Shown here: positions 25,430 to 34,918 of the stretch, piece by piece
How the letters are laid out: every line of letters begins with the position of its first letter
How positions within the stretch are numbered: the stretch's first letter is position 1
Assembly: GCA_017412085.1 (NCBI GenBank)
Contig: JAFPYS010000017.1
Location: forward strand, 2,969 to 66,968
DNA length: 64,000 nt
Source of the DNA: Alphaproteobacteria bacterium
GTDB lineage: Bacteria > Pseudomonadota > Alphaproteobacteria > CAAHEQ01 > UBA3637
Reading direction: 5' to 3'
Notes under the pieces: generated by a model
The model's input: only the letters and a program-made list of their open reading frames with translations
The model's database searches: none
Told to the model about the DNA's origin: nothing
Program-made: the position numbers and the translations under genes

Positions 25430-26200
25430 TCAAAGGTCGCTGTCATTATTCCAACTCGTTTAAATTCTACGCGTTTACCAAACAAACCATTGGCCGTTGT
25501 TAATGGCAAGACCGTCATCCAACACGTTTATGAACATGCCATTCAAGTTCATCCAAAAGAGGATGTTTATATTGCTGCTGGAGATCCCGAGATTGTGGAA
25601 GAAGCAAAAAAATTTAACGCCCAGTGCGTGTTGACACCTGCCAGCTTGCCTTCTGGCACAGATCGTATTGTTTGTGCCCTCAAAACAATTGATTCGGATG
25701 GCTCCAAATATGATACCGTTGTTAATTTCCAGGGCGATGGCATTAATGTGGATCCAAAACTAAACACACGCCTTGTGGAGCTGTTAGAAAAAACCGGCGC
25801 CGACTGGGTAACTGTTGGTAAAAAAATAACCACCCCGGAAGAAATCCAAAATCCAAACTATGTAAAAATTGCCATGGGATTAAAAGAAGGAGAAGATTTT
25901 GGGCGCGCGCTTTACTTTTCACGCAGTCCTGTTCCGTTTAATCGCGATAAAGATCCTGTAAAAGATTTTGCTTATTGGCATATTGGCATTTATGTTTATC
26001 GTACAGAGGCCTTAAAGCGTTTTGTGGCTTGCCCTGTCGGTGTATTAGAAGCCACAGAAAAATTGGAACAATTACGCGCTTTGGAAAACGGCATGACAAT
26101 TTATGCTTTGATTGTTCCAAGCATTAAGTTAATTGAGGAAGCGCCAACAGATATCAACACGCCAGAGGAGTTGGCTGAAGCACAAAAATTTGCATTTTAA
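25430..26200 (+). CDS. kdsB: 3-deoxy-manno-octulosonate cytidylyltransferase
   Basis: VAVIIPTRLNSTRLPNKPL...NFQGD. 256 aa. AAGGAG RBS. Confidence 0.9.
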   Translation, partial: SKVAVIIPTRLNSTRLPNKPLAVVNGKTVIQHVYEHAIQVHPKEDVYIAAGDPEIVEEAKKFNAQCVLTPASLPSGTDRIVCALKTIDSDGSKYDTVVNFQGDGINVDPKLNTRLVELLEKTGADWVTVGKKITTPEEIQNPNYVKIAMGLKEGEDFGRALYFSRSPVPFNRDKDPVKDFAYWHIGIYVYRTEALKRFVACPVGVLEATEKLEQLRALENGMTIYALIVPSIKLIEEAPTDINTPEELAEAQKFAF

Positions 26201-26212
26201 AAAAGGGGATGT

Positions 26213-28192
26213 ATGTTTTATTTAACGGGTTTTCATTTAACAAGTGCACATACGAACAGATTGGCCAAATTGACCTCTTCTGCACCGTGGCCCGATAAAA
26301 ATAAGCCCCTGTTAAATCCCCAAAACATGCAAAAATTGCCTTTAAACACAGCGGTTTTGATTAAGGCGCCCTCGGAACAAGATCTTCAACAAATTTCTGC
26401 TTTGAATCCTGCCGCCATTGTTGATGCCAACGCACTTGACAGTTCTGTGCGCGACTTTTTGAAAAAAATGGACGGGTTAAAAAGCAAAAACAAATTGGGA
26501 TTTTTGTTAACCTGCCCCGTGATTTATGCTTGTAATGTAGCCCAAAACATTACGCGGGCCCTGCAACAATTTATTATACTGCCCGCCGAACAACAAGAAA
26601 GCATCCACTTTGCACTCCACGAATCCATTGTAAATGGGCTTATTCATGGTAATTTACAATTAAACAGTTCTATGCGTCAATCAGCGCGAGACTTTATTGA
26701 ATACGCACGCCTTTTACACGATCGTTTGAATGATCCAAGTTACGCACAAAAATCCATCAGCATCATTGCTGTTTGGAACACGAAAAAATTAGAAGTCAAA
26801 ATTCGCGATGAAGGCGCTGGTTACGGCGCAACCTCTGCGACAATTAAACAATCCTCAACGATGCAACATAAAACCGGGCGTGGAATTCGCATTATTGCTG
26901 GCGCGGCGGATTCATGTACTATTGAAGACTTTGGACGAGAAATTACATTGTCTTTCTTGTTGCAGGATCATCCTATTCAACGTTGGACGGACGGCTATAA
27001 AGAAGATGCAACATCTCAGTCCACGCTCATGTTGTCAAAAGACCTATCAACTTCAAAAGTGTTGGTGATAGAAGATAATCCAAGCACGCAAACAGTTCTG
27101 GGACGATTATTGAATTTAATTAATATTACTGATATCGCCTTTGCTTCCGATGGTGTGGAAGGGCTTAAACAGGCACAAGAAATGAAGCCGGATTTAATTA
27201 TTCTGGACATCACAATGCCAAGAATGGATGGATATGAAGTGATCCAACATCTTAAGGACAACAAAGAAACGGCGTCCATTCCCGTGCTCATTCAAACCGC
27301 TTCCGACAACCGAGAAACACGCGAAAAAACATTCCGCGCAGGTGCAACAGACTTTATTACAAAACCCATCAACCCGTTGGAATTTTTCTCTCGCGTACGT
27401 GTTCATTTGGAAAATCGTTTGCTGGTTCGTAACCTATCCAATCAATTAAATCAAATTGAGACCGAATTGCATGCCGCGCGCCGTATGCAGGTTGACATGT
27501 TACCTAAAGACAAAATGTTGAATGCTATCCGTGAAAATTATCATTTAAACATTGCGCATTATTTCGCCCCGTCTTCTTTGTTGGGGGGCGATTTTTGGCA
27601 GGTTATTCCCCTTTCATCCAACAAGATTGCCTTTTATATTTGCGACTTTTCCGGTCACGGAGTTGCCAGCGCTTTAAATACTTTCCGTCTGCATGCCCTC
27701 GTCAGCCAAAACAACAAGCGATTAACTTCACCCGCAGAATTTTTGGCGCAATTAAATTACCAAATGCATTTGTTATTGCCTCGCGGACAATTTGCTACCA
27801 TGTTCTTGGGTATCTATGATAAAAGGAAAAGAACATTGGTATACGCCGGCGCAGGAGCTCCAAATCCGATGCTCATCCATCGAAAAAAACAAACACTACT
27901 TGGCGCGGAAGGCATGCCTTTAGGTATCTTACCCAAACCCGTTTATCATGATAACACACTTAAACTTTCCAAAGGGGATTCATTGCTTTTGTACAGTGAT
28001 GCATTAACGGAATCTGTAACAACAAAAGGACAGCGGTTGGGTTTCCCGACATTTAAACGTATGGCCATTAAACGAATTTCCTCTGGCGATCCCACGGAAG
28101 GGTTGAACACTCTTTTGCAAGACTTTTTCAAACTTGTTCCTCCTCCACCACCCGATGATGTAACTGCTGTTTTGCTGCGGTGGGAGGGATAA
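26213..28192 (+). CDS. Multidomain signalling protein: unknown N-terminus, then an RsbW/SpoIIAB-type HATPase-like domain, a receiver (REC) domain and a PP2C (SpoIIE) phosphatase domain
   Basis: N-box-like ALHESIVNGLIHGN, G1-like IRDEGAGYG, G2-like GRGIRII. REC: KVLVIEDN...DLIILDITMPRMDG...FITKPI. SpoIIE: GGDFWQV...FYICDFSGHGVASAL...LYSDALTE. Confidence 0.8.
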   Translation: MFYLTGFHLTSAHTNRLAKLTSSAPWPDKNKPLLNPQNMQKLPLNTAVLIKAPSEQDLQQISALNPAAIVDANALDSSVRDFLKKMDGLKSKNKLGFLLTCPVIYACNVAQNITRALQQFIILPAEQQESIHFALHESIVNGLIHGNLQLNSSMRQSARDFIEYARLLHDRLNDPSYAQKSISIIAVWNTKKLEVKIRDEGAGYGATSATIKQSSTMQHKTGRGIRIIAGAADSCTIEDFGREITLSFLLQDHPIQRWTDGYKEDATSQSTLMLSKDLSTSKVLVIEDNPSTQTVLGRLLNLINITDIAFASDGVEGLKQAQEMKPDLIILDITMPRMDGYEVIQHLKDNKETASIPVLIQTASDNRETREKTFRAGATDFITKPINPLEFFSRVRVHLENRLLVRNLSNQLNQIETELHAARRMQVDMLPKDKMLNAIRENYHLNIAHYFAPSSLLGGDFWQVIPLSSNKIAFYICDFSGHGVASALNTFRLHALVSQNNKRLTSPAEFLAQLNYQMHLLLPRGQFATMFLGIYDKRKRTLVYAGAGAPNPMLIHRKKQTLLGAEGMPLGILPKPVYHDNTLKLSKGDSLLLYSDALTESVTTKGQRLGFPTFKRMAIKRISSGDPTEGLNTLLQDFFKLVPPPPPDDVTAVLLRWEG

Positions 28193-28890
28193 TGATTCGA
28201 TTGTTCGTGCAATCTCCTTTGAAAACTGGGGTGCGTGTTGTTTTGGATGAAAAATCCTCGCATTATTTAGTACATGTTATGCGATGTCACAGCAACGATG
28301 AACTATTGTGTTTTAATGGGATGGATGGCGAATGGTTGTGTCAACTTGAACTTCCCGCGAAAAAACAGGGCGTTCTAAGTATAAAAAAGCAAATACGCAA
28401 ACAAGAACCAACGCCATTTTGCGCACTATGCCCCGCTTTAATAAAAAAAGACAACATGGATCTGGTTTTTCAAAAAGCCACTGAATTGGGGGTTAGCGAT
28501 ATATATCCTCTGATCACAGACCATACTGTTCATTCCCATTTGAATCGCTCCCACGCGGAAAGTATAATAAAGGAAGCAGCAGAACAATGCGAACGCTTGT
28601 CATTACCAATTCTGCATGAACCCACAACGATAAAAGATTTAAAAAAGAGTCTTCCAAAAGATTGTGAAATTTGCTGCCTGTCGGAACGCGAGGGTTCAAT
28701 ATCTTGCCTGCCAACCGATAAAAAAATGGCTTTTGTAATTGGTCCAGAGGGCGGTTGGAGTACTAAAGAAAAAGCTTTTTTCCGCGATCAGAAATTTATG
28801 TTATTTCATTCTGATGTTGGCATTCTTAGGGCCGAAACAGCATCTATTGCTATCTTGGCACATTGGCAATTTTTAAAACATAAAAAATAG
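28192..28890 (+). CDS. rsmE: 16S rRNA (uracil1498-N3)-methyltransferase
   Basis: MIRLFV...HYLVHVMR at the N-terminus and a C-terminal SPOUT region (FVIGPEGGWS..E....LG..ILRAETA). Confidence 0.85.
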   Translation: MIRLFVQSPLKTGVRVVLDEKSSHYLVHVMRCHSNDELLCFNGMDGEWLCQLELPAKKQGVLSIKKQIRKQEPTPFCALCPALIKKDNMDLVFQKATELGVSDIYPLITDHTVHSHLNRSHAESIIKEAAEQCERLSLPILHEPTTIKDLKKSLPKDCEICCLSEREGSISCLPTDKKMAFVIGPEGGWSTKEKAFFRDQKFMLFHSDVGILRAETASIAILAHWQFLKHKK

Positions 28891-28938
28891 CTTGCTTTTT
28901 TGTTTTTCAATTGCTACTATGATTTTATAGGAAACGTT

Positions 28939-29817
28939 ATGGTAATAAAACACATTTTATTTTTAGGATTAGCACTGTTGATTGGCGGAACTTTTACTCC
29001 CGCACAGGCGGAGTTGTATATCTGTCAAAAAGGGCGCTGCGATTATACGCCAGAGGATGCATCTATCCGTCCGTGGCTTCATAAACTATATGCTTTTTTC
29101 AAAACACCCGATGCACGCATAGATTTTTGCGAAGCCAATCCCAAAATACACTCCTGCTTGACAGATGGACTAAAATGGACGGCCCAATCTCCAGCGGCCA
29201 CTGTTAATTTTGCCATCCCCGTGGCTCGCACATTGCCACAAAAAAATACATTGTTGATGGATTATTTAGTGACAGCAAATGCCTTCATGCCTTCTTGCAG
29301 TTTCAGCACAACAACGTTTGAAGAGGCCGAGAACAAAACCGTGCGCATGGTGTCGCGTGCCTTTGAATGTCAAATGACGGGTATTTCAAAAATCAAATTA
29401 CAAAATACATTCTTTATTGATTTTATCGACTTTGATAACTCTGTCATTGGGGCACAATACACCATTCAAACACACGGCGAACTTGGTGGCAACTCTGCCG
29501 GTTATACTTTAATGAAATTCCGGGATGGAAATACATTGTTGCCGTTGGTGCCGCAACCGTATTATGGCGAAATGCCCGATGCGCCAGATGCCTATCAAGC
29601 AAAGAAGATGGCAGACACATTAAATACTCCACCTATCACAGAGGAGCCCAGCGCTTTCGATGGATTTGTAGGCGGCGTCAAAGATTGGTGGACAAAGTTG
29701 AAAGAATCCTTTAATTTAGATAAACCAAAACGCCGTTCTTCACATGAAGAACCCAGTTGGTGGAACAAATTTTCAGATACCTTTATGAAGGTTATCTATT
29801 TAGAGCCGTTGGAGTAA
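28939..29817 (+). CDS. Secreted hypothetical protein
   Basis: Signal peptide MVIKHILFLGLALLIGGTFTPAQA|E. Several spaced Cys. No family recognised. Confidence 0.6.
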   Translation: MVIKHILFLGLALLIGGTFTPAQAELYICQKGRCDYTPEDASIRPWLHKLYAFFKTPDARIDFCEANPKIHSCLTDGLKWTAQSPAATVNFAIPVARTLPQKNTLLMDYLVTANAFMPSCSFSTTTFEEAENKTVRMVSRAFECQMTGISKIKLQNTFFIDFIDFDNSVIGAQYTIQTHGELGGNSAGYTLMKFRDGNTLLPLVPQPYYGEMPDAPDAYQAKKMADTLNTPPITEEPSAFDGFVGGVKDWWTKLKESFNLDKPKRRSSHEEPSWWNKFSDTFMKVIYLEPLE

Positions 29818-29824
29818 GATCTTC

Positions 29825-31090
29825 ATGTCACGTGATGTTATCATTTCTCGACTGTCTAATGGGATTCGCGTTATTACAGATACTCAACCTACTTTGGATT
29901 CTGTTACCCTAGGGGTATGGGTTGGCGTTGGTTCTCGGTTTGAAAAAAAATCTGAAAGTGGTATTTCTCATTTTTTGGAACATATGGCCTTTAAGGGGAC
30001 AACGACGCGTTCTGCCCTGCAAATTGCAAAAGAAATTGAACAGGTTGGTGGTTTCATTAATGCCTATACAGGTCAAGATGTTACCGCTTATCATGCTCGC
30101 ATGCTGAAAAAGGACATGGATATTGGGCTTAATATTATTGCGGATATAACTCAACATGCAATCATGGATGAAAAAGAGCTGAACACAGAAAAGGGTGTCA
30201 TCATCCAAGAAATTAATATGTATAAAGATCAACCTCACTACATGGCAGAGGTAAACTTTGACGCAACTGCATATCCCAATCAACCCTTGGGCAGAGAAGT
30301 GGCTGGAGATCCCGAAGTTATTCGTCAAATGACTCCCCAGAAAATGTTGGATTATGTTCATTCCCACTACGCCATGGATCGTATCGTTATCAGTGCTGTC
30401 GGCCCCATTCAGCATGATTCCTTTGTCAAAAAATGCGAAAGATTATTCTGCGATTTTACTTTAAAGAAAACACCAATATCAGAACCTGCACACTATCAAG
30501 GTGGATTTAAATATGTTAAAAAGCCGCATGAACAGGTTAATTTGATTGTTGGCTTTGAAGGTGAATCTTACACCTCTCCGGATATTTGGAAGGCGAAGTT
30601 ATTGGCCGCCATTTTGGGGGGCGGTATGACAAGCCGTTTATTCCAAGAAATTCGCGAAAAACGCGGCCTTGTTTATACCATTCATGCCTATGCTTCTGCG
30701 GAAACAGATACGGGTATTTGGGGCATTTATGCCGGCACTGGAGAAAAAGAATTACAAGTATTAATGCCGGTTTTGGTGGATGAGCTGAAAAAAGCGACGC
30801 ATAAAATTACAAAAGAAGAGGTTCAACAAGCACAAACACGTTTAGAGGCTGCTTTGTTAATGCGCAATGAAGATTTGCCCGAACATGCAGATACGAACGC
30901 CATTGAATTTTTGCGATATGGAAGAGTTCGTTCAAAAGCATCCTTGATAAAGGCAATTCGCGCCGTAACACCAAAAGAAATTCAACAATATGCCTCTCGC
31001 ATTTTTGCCACAAAACCAACGCTTTCCTGTCTGGGACCAATCAAACACATGATGTCCTATGATGATGTCATCAAACAACTGAGAAGTTAA
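29825..31090 (+). CDS. M16 (pitrilysin/MPP-like) zinc peptidase
   Basis: Inverted zinc motif HFLEHMAFKG plus a downstream Glu block EKGVIIQEI. 421 aa. Confidence 0.88.
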   Translation: MSRDVIISRLSNGIRVITDTQPTLDSVTLGVWVGVGSRFEKKSESGISHFLEHMAFKGTTTRSALQIAKEIEQVGGFINAYTGQDVTAYHARMLKKDMDIGLNIIADITQHAIMDEKELNTEKGVIIQEINMYKDQPHYMAEVNFDATAYPNQPLGREVAGDPEVIRQMTPQKMLDYVHSHYAMDRIVISAVGPIQHDSFVKKCERLFCDFTLKKTPISEPAHYQGGFKYVKKPHEQVNLIVGFEGESYTSPDIWKAKLLAAILGGGMTSRLFQEIREKRGLVYTIHAYASAETDTGIWGIYAGTGEKELQVLMPVLVDELKKATHKITKEEVQQAQTRLEAALLMRNEDLPEHADTNAIEFLRYGRVRSKASLIKAIRAVTPKEIQQYASRIFATKPTLSCLGPIKHMMSYDDVIKQLRS

Positions 31091-31092
31091 AT

Positions 31093-31713
31093 ATGCCCGA
31101 TTTTTCACATGAAAAAGAATGCCGTTCAAATGGTCTTGTTTTTGGCATAGACGAGGCCGGTCGTGGACCTTGGTGTGGCCCCGTTGTTGCGGCTTGTGTT
31201 TGTTTTCCAAATTACACCATCGCCCCGGAATTGGCCGCACAAATTAATGATTCCAAAAAATTATCATCCTCAAAACGTGAAAAATTATTCCCTTTAATTA
31301 TGAATTCAGGCGCCTATGTCGGCATTGGTCAAGCCAGCGCCGAGGAAATTGACGAATTGAATATTTTACAAGCAACCTTCCTTGCGATGCACAGAGCATT
31401 ACAGGATGCGCAACAACATGGGTACAAGGCGGATTTTGCCTTGATTGATGGTAATCGGCTTCCCAAATGGGATATCCCCTGTCGTTGTTTAATTAAGGGA
31501 GATTCGTTAAGCCTTTCCATTGCCGCGGCCAGCATTGTGGCAAAAGTAACTCGAGACCACATCATGCAAAAATTGGCCAAAGAATATCCCCAATATGGGT
31601 GGGAAAAGAATGCGGGCTATGGAACGGCGGATCATATCGCCGCCTTAAAACAATATGGCGTCACACCACATCATCGCAAAACTTATAAACCCATTAAAGA
31701 ATTATTAGGGTAA
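31093..31713 (+). CDS. rnhB: Ribonuclease HII
   Basis: GIDEAGRGPWCGPVV...DSKKLS...IDG...IAAASIVAKVTRD. Confidence 0.93.
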   Translation: MPDFSHEKECRSNGLVFGIDEAGRGPWCGPVVAACVCFPNYTIAPELAAQINDSKKLSSSKREKLFPLIMNSGAYVGIGQASAEEIDELNILQATFLAMHRALQDAQQHGYKADFALIDGNRLPKWDIPCRCLIKGDSLSLSIAAASIVAKVTRDHIMQKLAKEYPQYGWEKNAGYGTADHIAALKQYGVTPHHRKTYKPIKELLG

Positions 31714-31714
31714 A

Positions 31715-34700
31715 TTAAGGGGTGTAACTTGTTTGCGTTGGCACAACTGTCACATTCTTTTTCGCACTATTCACACAAGCTACTATACATTTTTTACCAT
31801 TACCATTAGAGATTGAGAATGTACATTTATTTCCATCGCCCACAAAAGTAACGTCGTCATCACGGGTCATCTTTGTTGCGCGAGCGCAATCTTTTCCATC
31901 ACCCTGTCCATCTCCATCACAAGCTGTGTTTTGTTCGGGTGTCCGGCAATAATTGTTTGGATCGTTATCCGGATCGCTATCTCGTGTTTCTGAAATATTG
32001 GAACACCATTTCTTCGTTCTTATATAGCTTGTAGAATCACTCTTTTTTGGTAAAATCGATCCCTCACATGTAAACTGCGCCCAGTCCCCCGCAATAAGGT
32101 CTCCATCAAATTTCAACTTATATCTCATCCCATTAACCGTCGTAAAGCTGAACAAGTTTCGTGTTTGACACGCTTGTTTATTGCAATTCGTCGTGACGTT
32201 TGAAGCAATACTGCTGACTTTGGCATCAACACACCGGCCGTTAACAACACCGTATCCCGATTTACACACGCACTTACCATTGTTATAAGTCGAATTCGCA
32301 TCACATGTCACGCATTTCTTTTGGCTAACATCATAGGTTGGTTTGGTGGAATCCGCCTCCGCACAAGTCTTACATTGCCCGTTATGGCATACTGGCGTTG
32401 CTTGAGGACACTTGCCATCACCATTCTTTTTGGAAGAGTCGTAATTAGCACTGCACGTACAAGTACCATCCTTACATAATGGTTTTGTTGCCGCACATGT
32501 TGTGCCAGACGAAGCGCCGTTGTTTGCAGTGCATTCAAGACAGCGACCAGTCTGGGAATCATAATTTGGTCTTTTTGTTGGACATTTGCATATTTTTTCT
32601 CCATTGTCGGACAAACATTCCTTCTCTCCAATGCAATGGGAATTTTCCGCACACACAACACATTTTCCATCGCCACTTGTATTAGTAACAGCACCTCTTG
32701 AATCTTTTACCAACCCAACAGAACATACTCTTCTTCCTTGCTTTTGAAATTCTGTTTTGGCCTTTTGGCGCGGCGAATAATTGTATGGAGAATTATCTTC
32801 CGTGTGTCCACTTCTGTCTTTATCTTCCTGCTCCACCTTGTTACACCCAAAATCCGTCCACGAGCCTGATACCGAATTATAGCAATTTACACATTTATTG
32901 TGATAGATATCCCAAACTTTAGCACCGGGGCATTTACAATCACCCGTCTCTTTGTCATATTCATTTGCGCCACAGTTTCGACCACATTCTCCCGTTGTTA
33001 ATTGACAATACGGCTTGGCATCCAGCTTGCAATCTTGGCTAGATCTACACTCTGAACACAAAAGCGTGTTTCCCGTACCCAAAACACAGTATGGTTTTTG
33101 AACACCATTTTCTGTTACATTTTCACACCCATGATTGGAGTTTATTTCTTTCCCATCCTCAATACAGCGGACGCAGCTATAATTGTTCAGATCACATACC
33201 TTTCCTTCCGCGCAATGGCTATCCGCCAAACATTCATAGCACACGCCATCTTTATAATGTGGTGTGCTGCCGCTGCAACTGACGCAACCGTCATCTGTAC
33301 ATATCTTACTTTCGGCCGCACAACTTTCAGCCGTACATGCCACGCAACGATTTTCGCCAGAACTATTAATCTCACAATATGGTTTTAAGGCATCGCTGCA
33401 ATGTGCATTCGTCCAACAAGATGCACAAACCCCTTCTTCATTAGTGTATTGTCCGTTTAGACAGCCACAGTAACCATGAACCTGTGCTTCGGATATTTCT
33501 TCCAACACATCCTTTGTGTAATCTGTGATATGATAATCCCCATCTGAAATATCGCAGCAAACATATCCTGCGGGAATGTTGCTTGTTACGTCTTCAGCTT
33601 TCACTTTTTTAGGCACGGCTCCCGATGGACAACCACACGCACGGATGCCATTTGATACATCTTCATCGCTGTCCCCCATGCCATAGTATTGTCCACGATT
33701 ATTGTTGTCGCAACACACGGTTAAAGACAACCCGCTGGCATCACTATATGTTCTTACGCTATACCCCACCGGGCACACATTACAATGTTCCGGATCTACC
33801 ACATTATACTCTTCATCGTCCTCGCTCCACGCATATCCTGTTGTTTTGTTACAGCAAATACCATTTAAAACTTCTACAGTGTCGTCTCCGTCTTGCGGGC
33901 AGCTGTTACACACAGATGGATTAAAAATTCTTACCCATTCCGTTTCTTGTTGAATATATTCATACCCGCCTTCACAACAAACAAATCCGTCTTCCGTTTC
34001 AACCGGCTCTGCATCGTCAGGGCACTCAATACAGGGATCTTCTTGACATTGGTCGCCACACCAGTGTCCGCCCGCGGTCGTGCAGTCTCCGCTGTTTCCA
34101 CAGGCCTCTGGATGGGTTGCCGAACATGTGGCCACACATTGATCATCTGCATCAAAAGCATATCCATCTTGACATTCGCAATCGTTCCATTCTAAGCTTG
34201 CACCACCTGGTTGCAACAAACGATTTCGCGCACAACATCTGAGACTATTCGTAGTTGACTTATCACGCACCTTCCATGTTTCTCCGTTATATGTAAAGGT
34301 TGGAGGGCAAGCACACAATGCATCATCTGATTCAGATATTTCAACACCAGATCCATCTAAACGTGTTGCCACGCTTTTGTGTCCCGAACAACACGCCCAC
34401 TCTCCATTCTCATTTGTGTTAAACGAAGTAACATAACCCGGGCATCCGCATTGCGGCAACAATACATAACTTTCAAAATCAGAACCATCCGATTTTGCTG
34501 GATGACCGTCCGAATTACAACAAGTTTGAACAGATCCAAACTCAACCCACGATCCGCCTAATGTTGTGCAATCAACTGCTGTTACCCCTCTGGTCGCGGA
34601 CGCAGACAACATTTTAGGCGTAAAAAGAAGATCAGATTCCTCTTCCGCTGCCGCCTCTTCTTCCTGCATCATTTCTTCTTCGGGATCTGTCAAGGTGCCA

Positions 34701-34876
34701 TCCGGCTCAACAATGGGCGTTATTAAGGCGCGTTCTGTCACGGGTAAAGTTGTGTATATATCCTGTATGGAACCATCTTGCCCAATACGAAAGGCAATAG
34801 ATTCCACTTCCGCCATCGCAAAGCGAGGCGACAACAACCCCAAACAAGCCATTAAAATAACAATTTTTATGCGCAT
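31715..34876 (-). CDS. Very large secreted cysteine-rich repeat protein (1053 aa, about 99 Cys)
   Basis: Signal peptide, then an acidic linker. Six to seven CxCP...CC modules are followed by CxxC-x-[HD]C-type repeats. The C-terminal domain is Cys-poor and carries a TSP3-like Asp-rich motif. Confidence 0.8.
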   Translation of the reverse strand: MRIKIVILMACLGLLSPRFAMAEVESIAFRIGQDGSIQDIYTTLPVTERALITPIVEPDGTLTDPEEEMMQEEEAAAEEESDLLFTPKMLSASATRGVTAVDCTTLGGSWVEFGSVQTCCNSDGHPAKSDGSDFESYVLLPQCGCPGYVTSFNTNENGEWACCSGHKSVATRLDGSGVEISESDDALCACPPTFTYNGETWKVRDKSTTNSLRCCARNRLLQPGGASLEWNDCECQDGYAFDADDQCVATCSATHPEACGNSGDCTTAGGHWCGDQCQEDPCIECPDDAEPVETEDGFVCCEGGYEYIQQETEWVRIFNPSVCNSCPQDGDDTVEVLNGICCNKTTGYAWSEDDEEYNVVDPEHCNVCPVGYSVRTYSDASGLSLTVCCDNNNRGQYYGMGDSDEDVSNGIRACGCPSGAVPKKVKAEDVTSNIPAGYVCCDISDGDYHITDYTKDVLEEISEAQVHGYCGCLNGQYTNEEGVCASCWTNAHCSDALKPYCEINSSGENRCVACTAESCAAESKICTDDGCVSCSGSTPHYKDGVCYECLADSHCAEGKVCDLNNYSCVRCIEDGKEINSNHGCENVTENGVQKPYCVLGTGNTLLCSECRSSQDCKLDAKPYCQLTTGECGRNCGANEYDKETGDCKCPGAKVWDIYHNKCVNCYNSVSGSWTDFGCNKVEQEDKDRSGHTEDNSPYNYSPRQKAKTEFQKQGRRVCSVGLVKDSRGAVTNTSGDGKCVVCAENSHCIGEKECLSDNGEKICKCPTKRPNYDSQTGRCLECTANNGASSGTTCAATKPLCKDGTCTCSANYDSSKKNGDGKCPQATPVCHNGQCKTCAEADSTKPTYDVSQKKCVTCDANSTYNNGKCVCKSGYGVVNGRCVDAKVSSIASNVTTNCNKQACQTRNLFSFTTVNGMRYKLKFDGDLIAGDWAQFTCEGSILPKKSDSTSYIRTKKWCSNISETRDSDPDNDPNNYCRTPEQNTACDGDGQGDGKDCARATKMTRDDDVTFVGDGNKCTFSISNGNGKKCIVACVNSAKKNVTVVPTQTSYTP

Positions 34877-34882
34877 ACTTTT

Positions 34883-34910
34883 ATTTTAACAGAACAGACG
34901 CAAAATGCAA
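34883..34910 (-). promoter_or_regulatory. Candidate promoter giving a leaderless mRNA for the Cys-rich gene
   Basis: On the minus strand: TTGCAT (34910-34905), 16 nt spacer, TAAAAT (34888-34883), then 6 nt to the ATG at 34876. No SD. Confidence 0.35.
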
Positions 34911-34918
34911 CAAAAAAA

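Noticed and set aside
32308-34561. Many 60-130-aa ORFs on both strands inside the Cys-rich gene
   Set aside because: The 1053-aa frame is continuous with coherent repeats and a signal peptide. The short overlapping frames are by-products of TGY/RCA-rich repeats.
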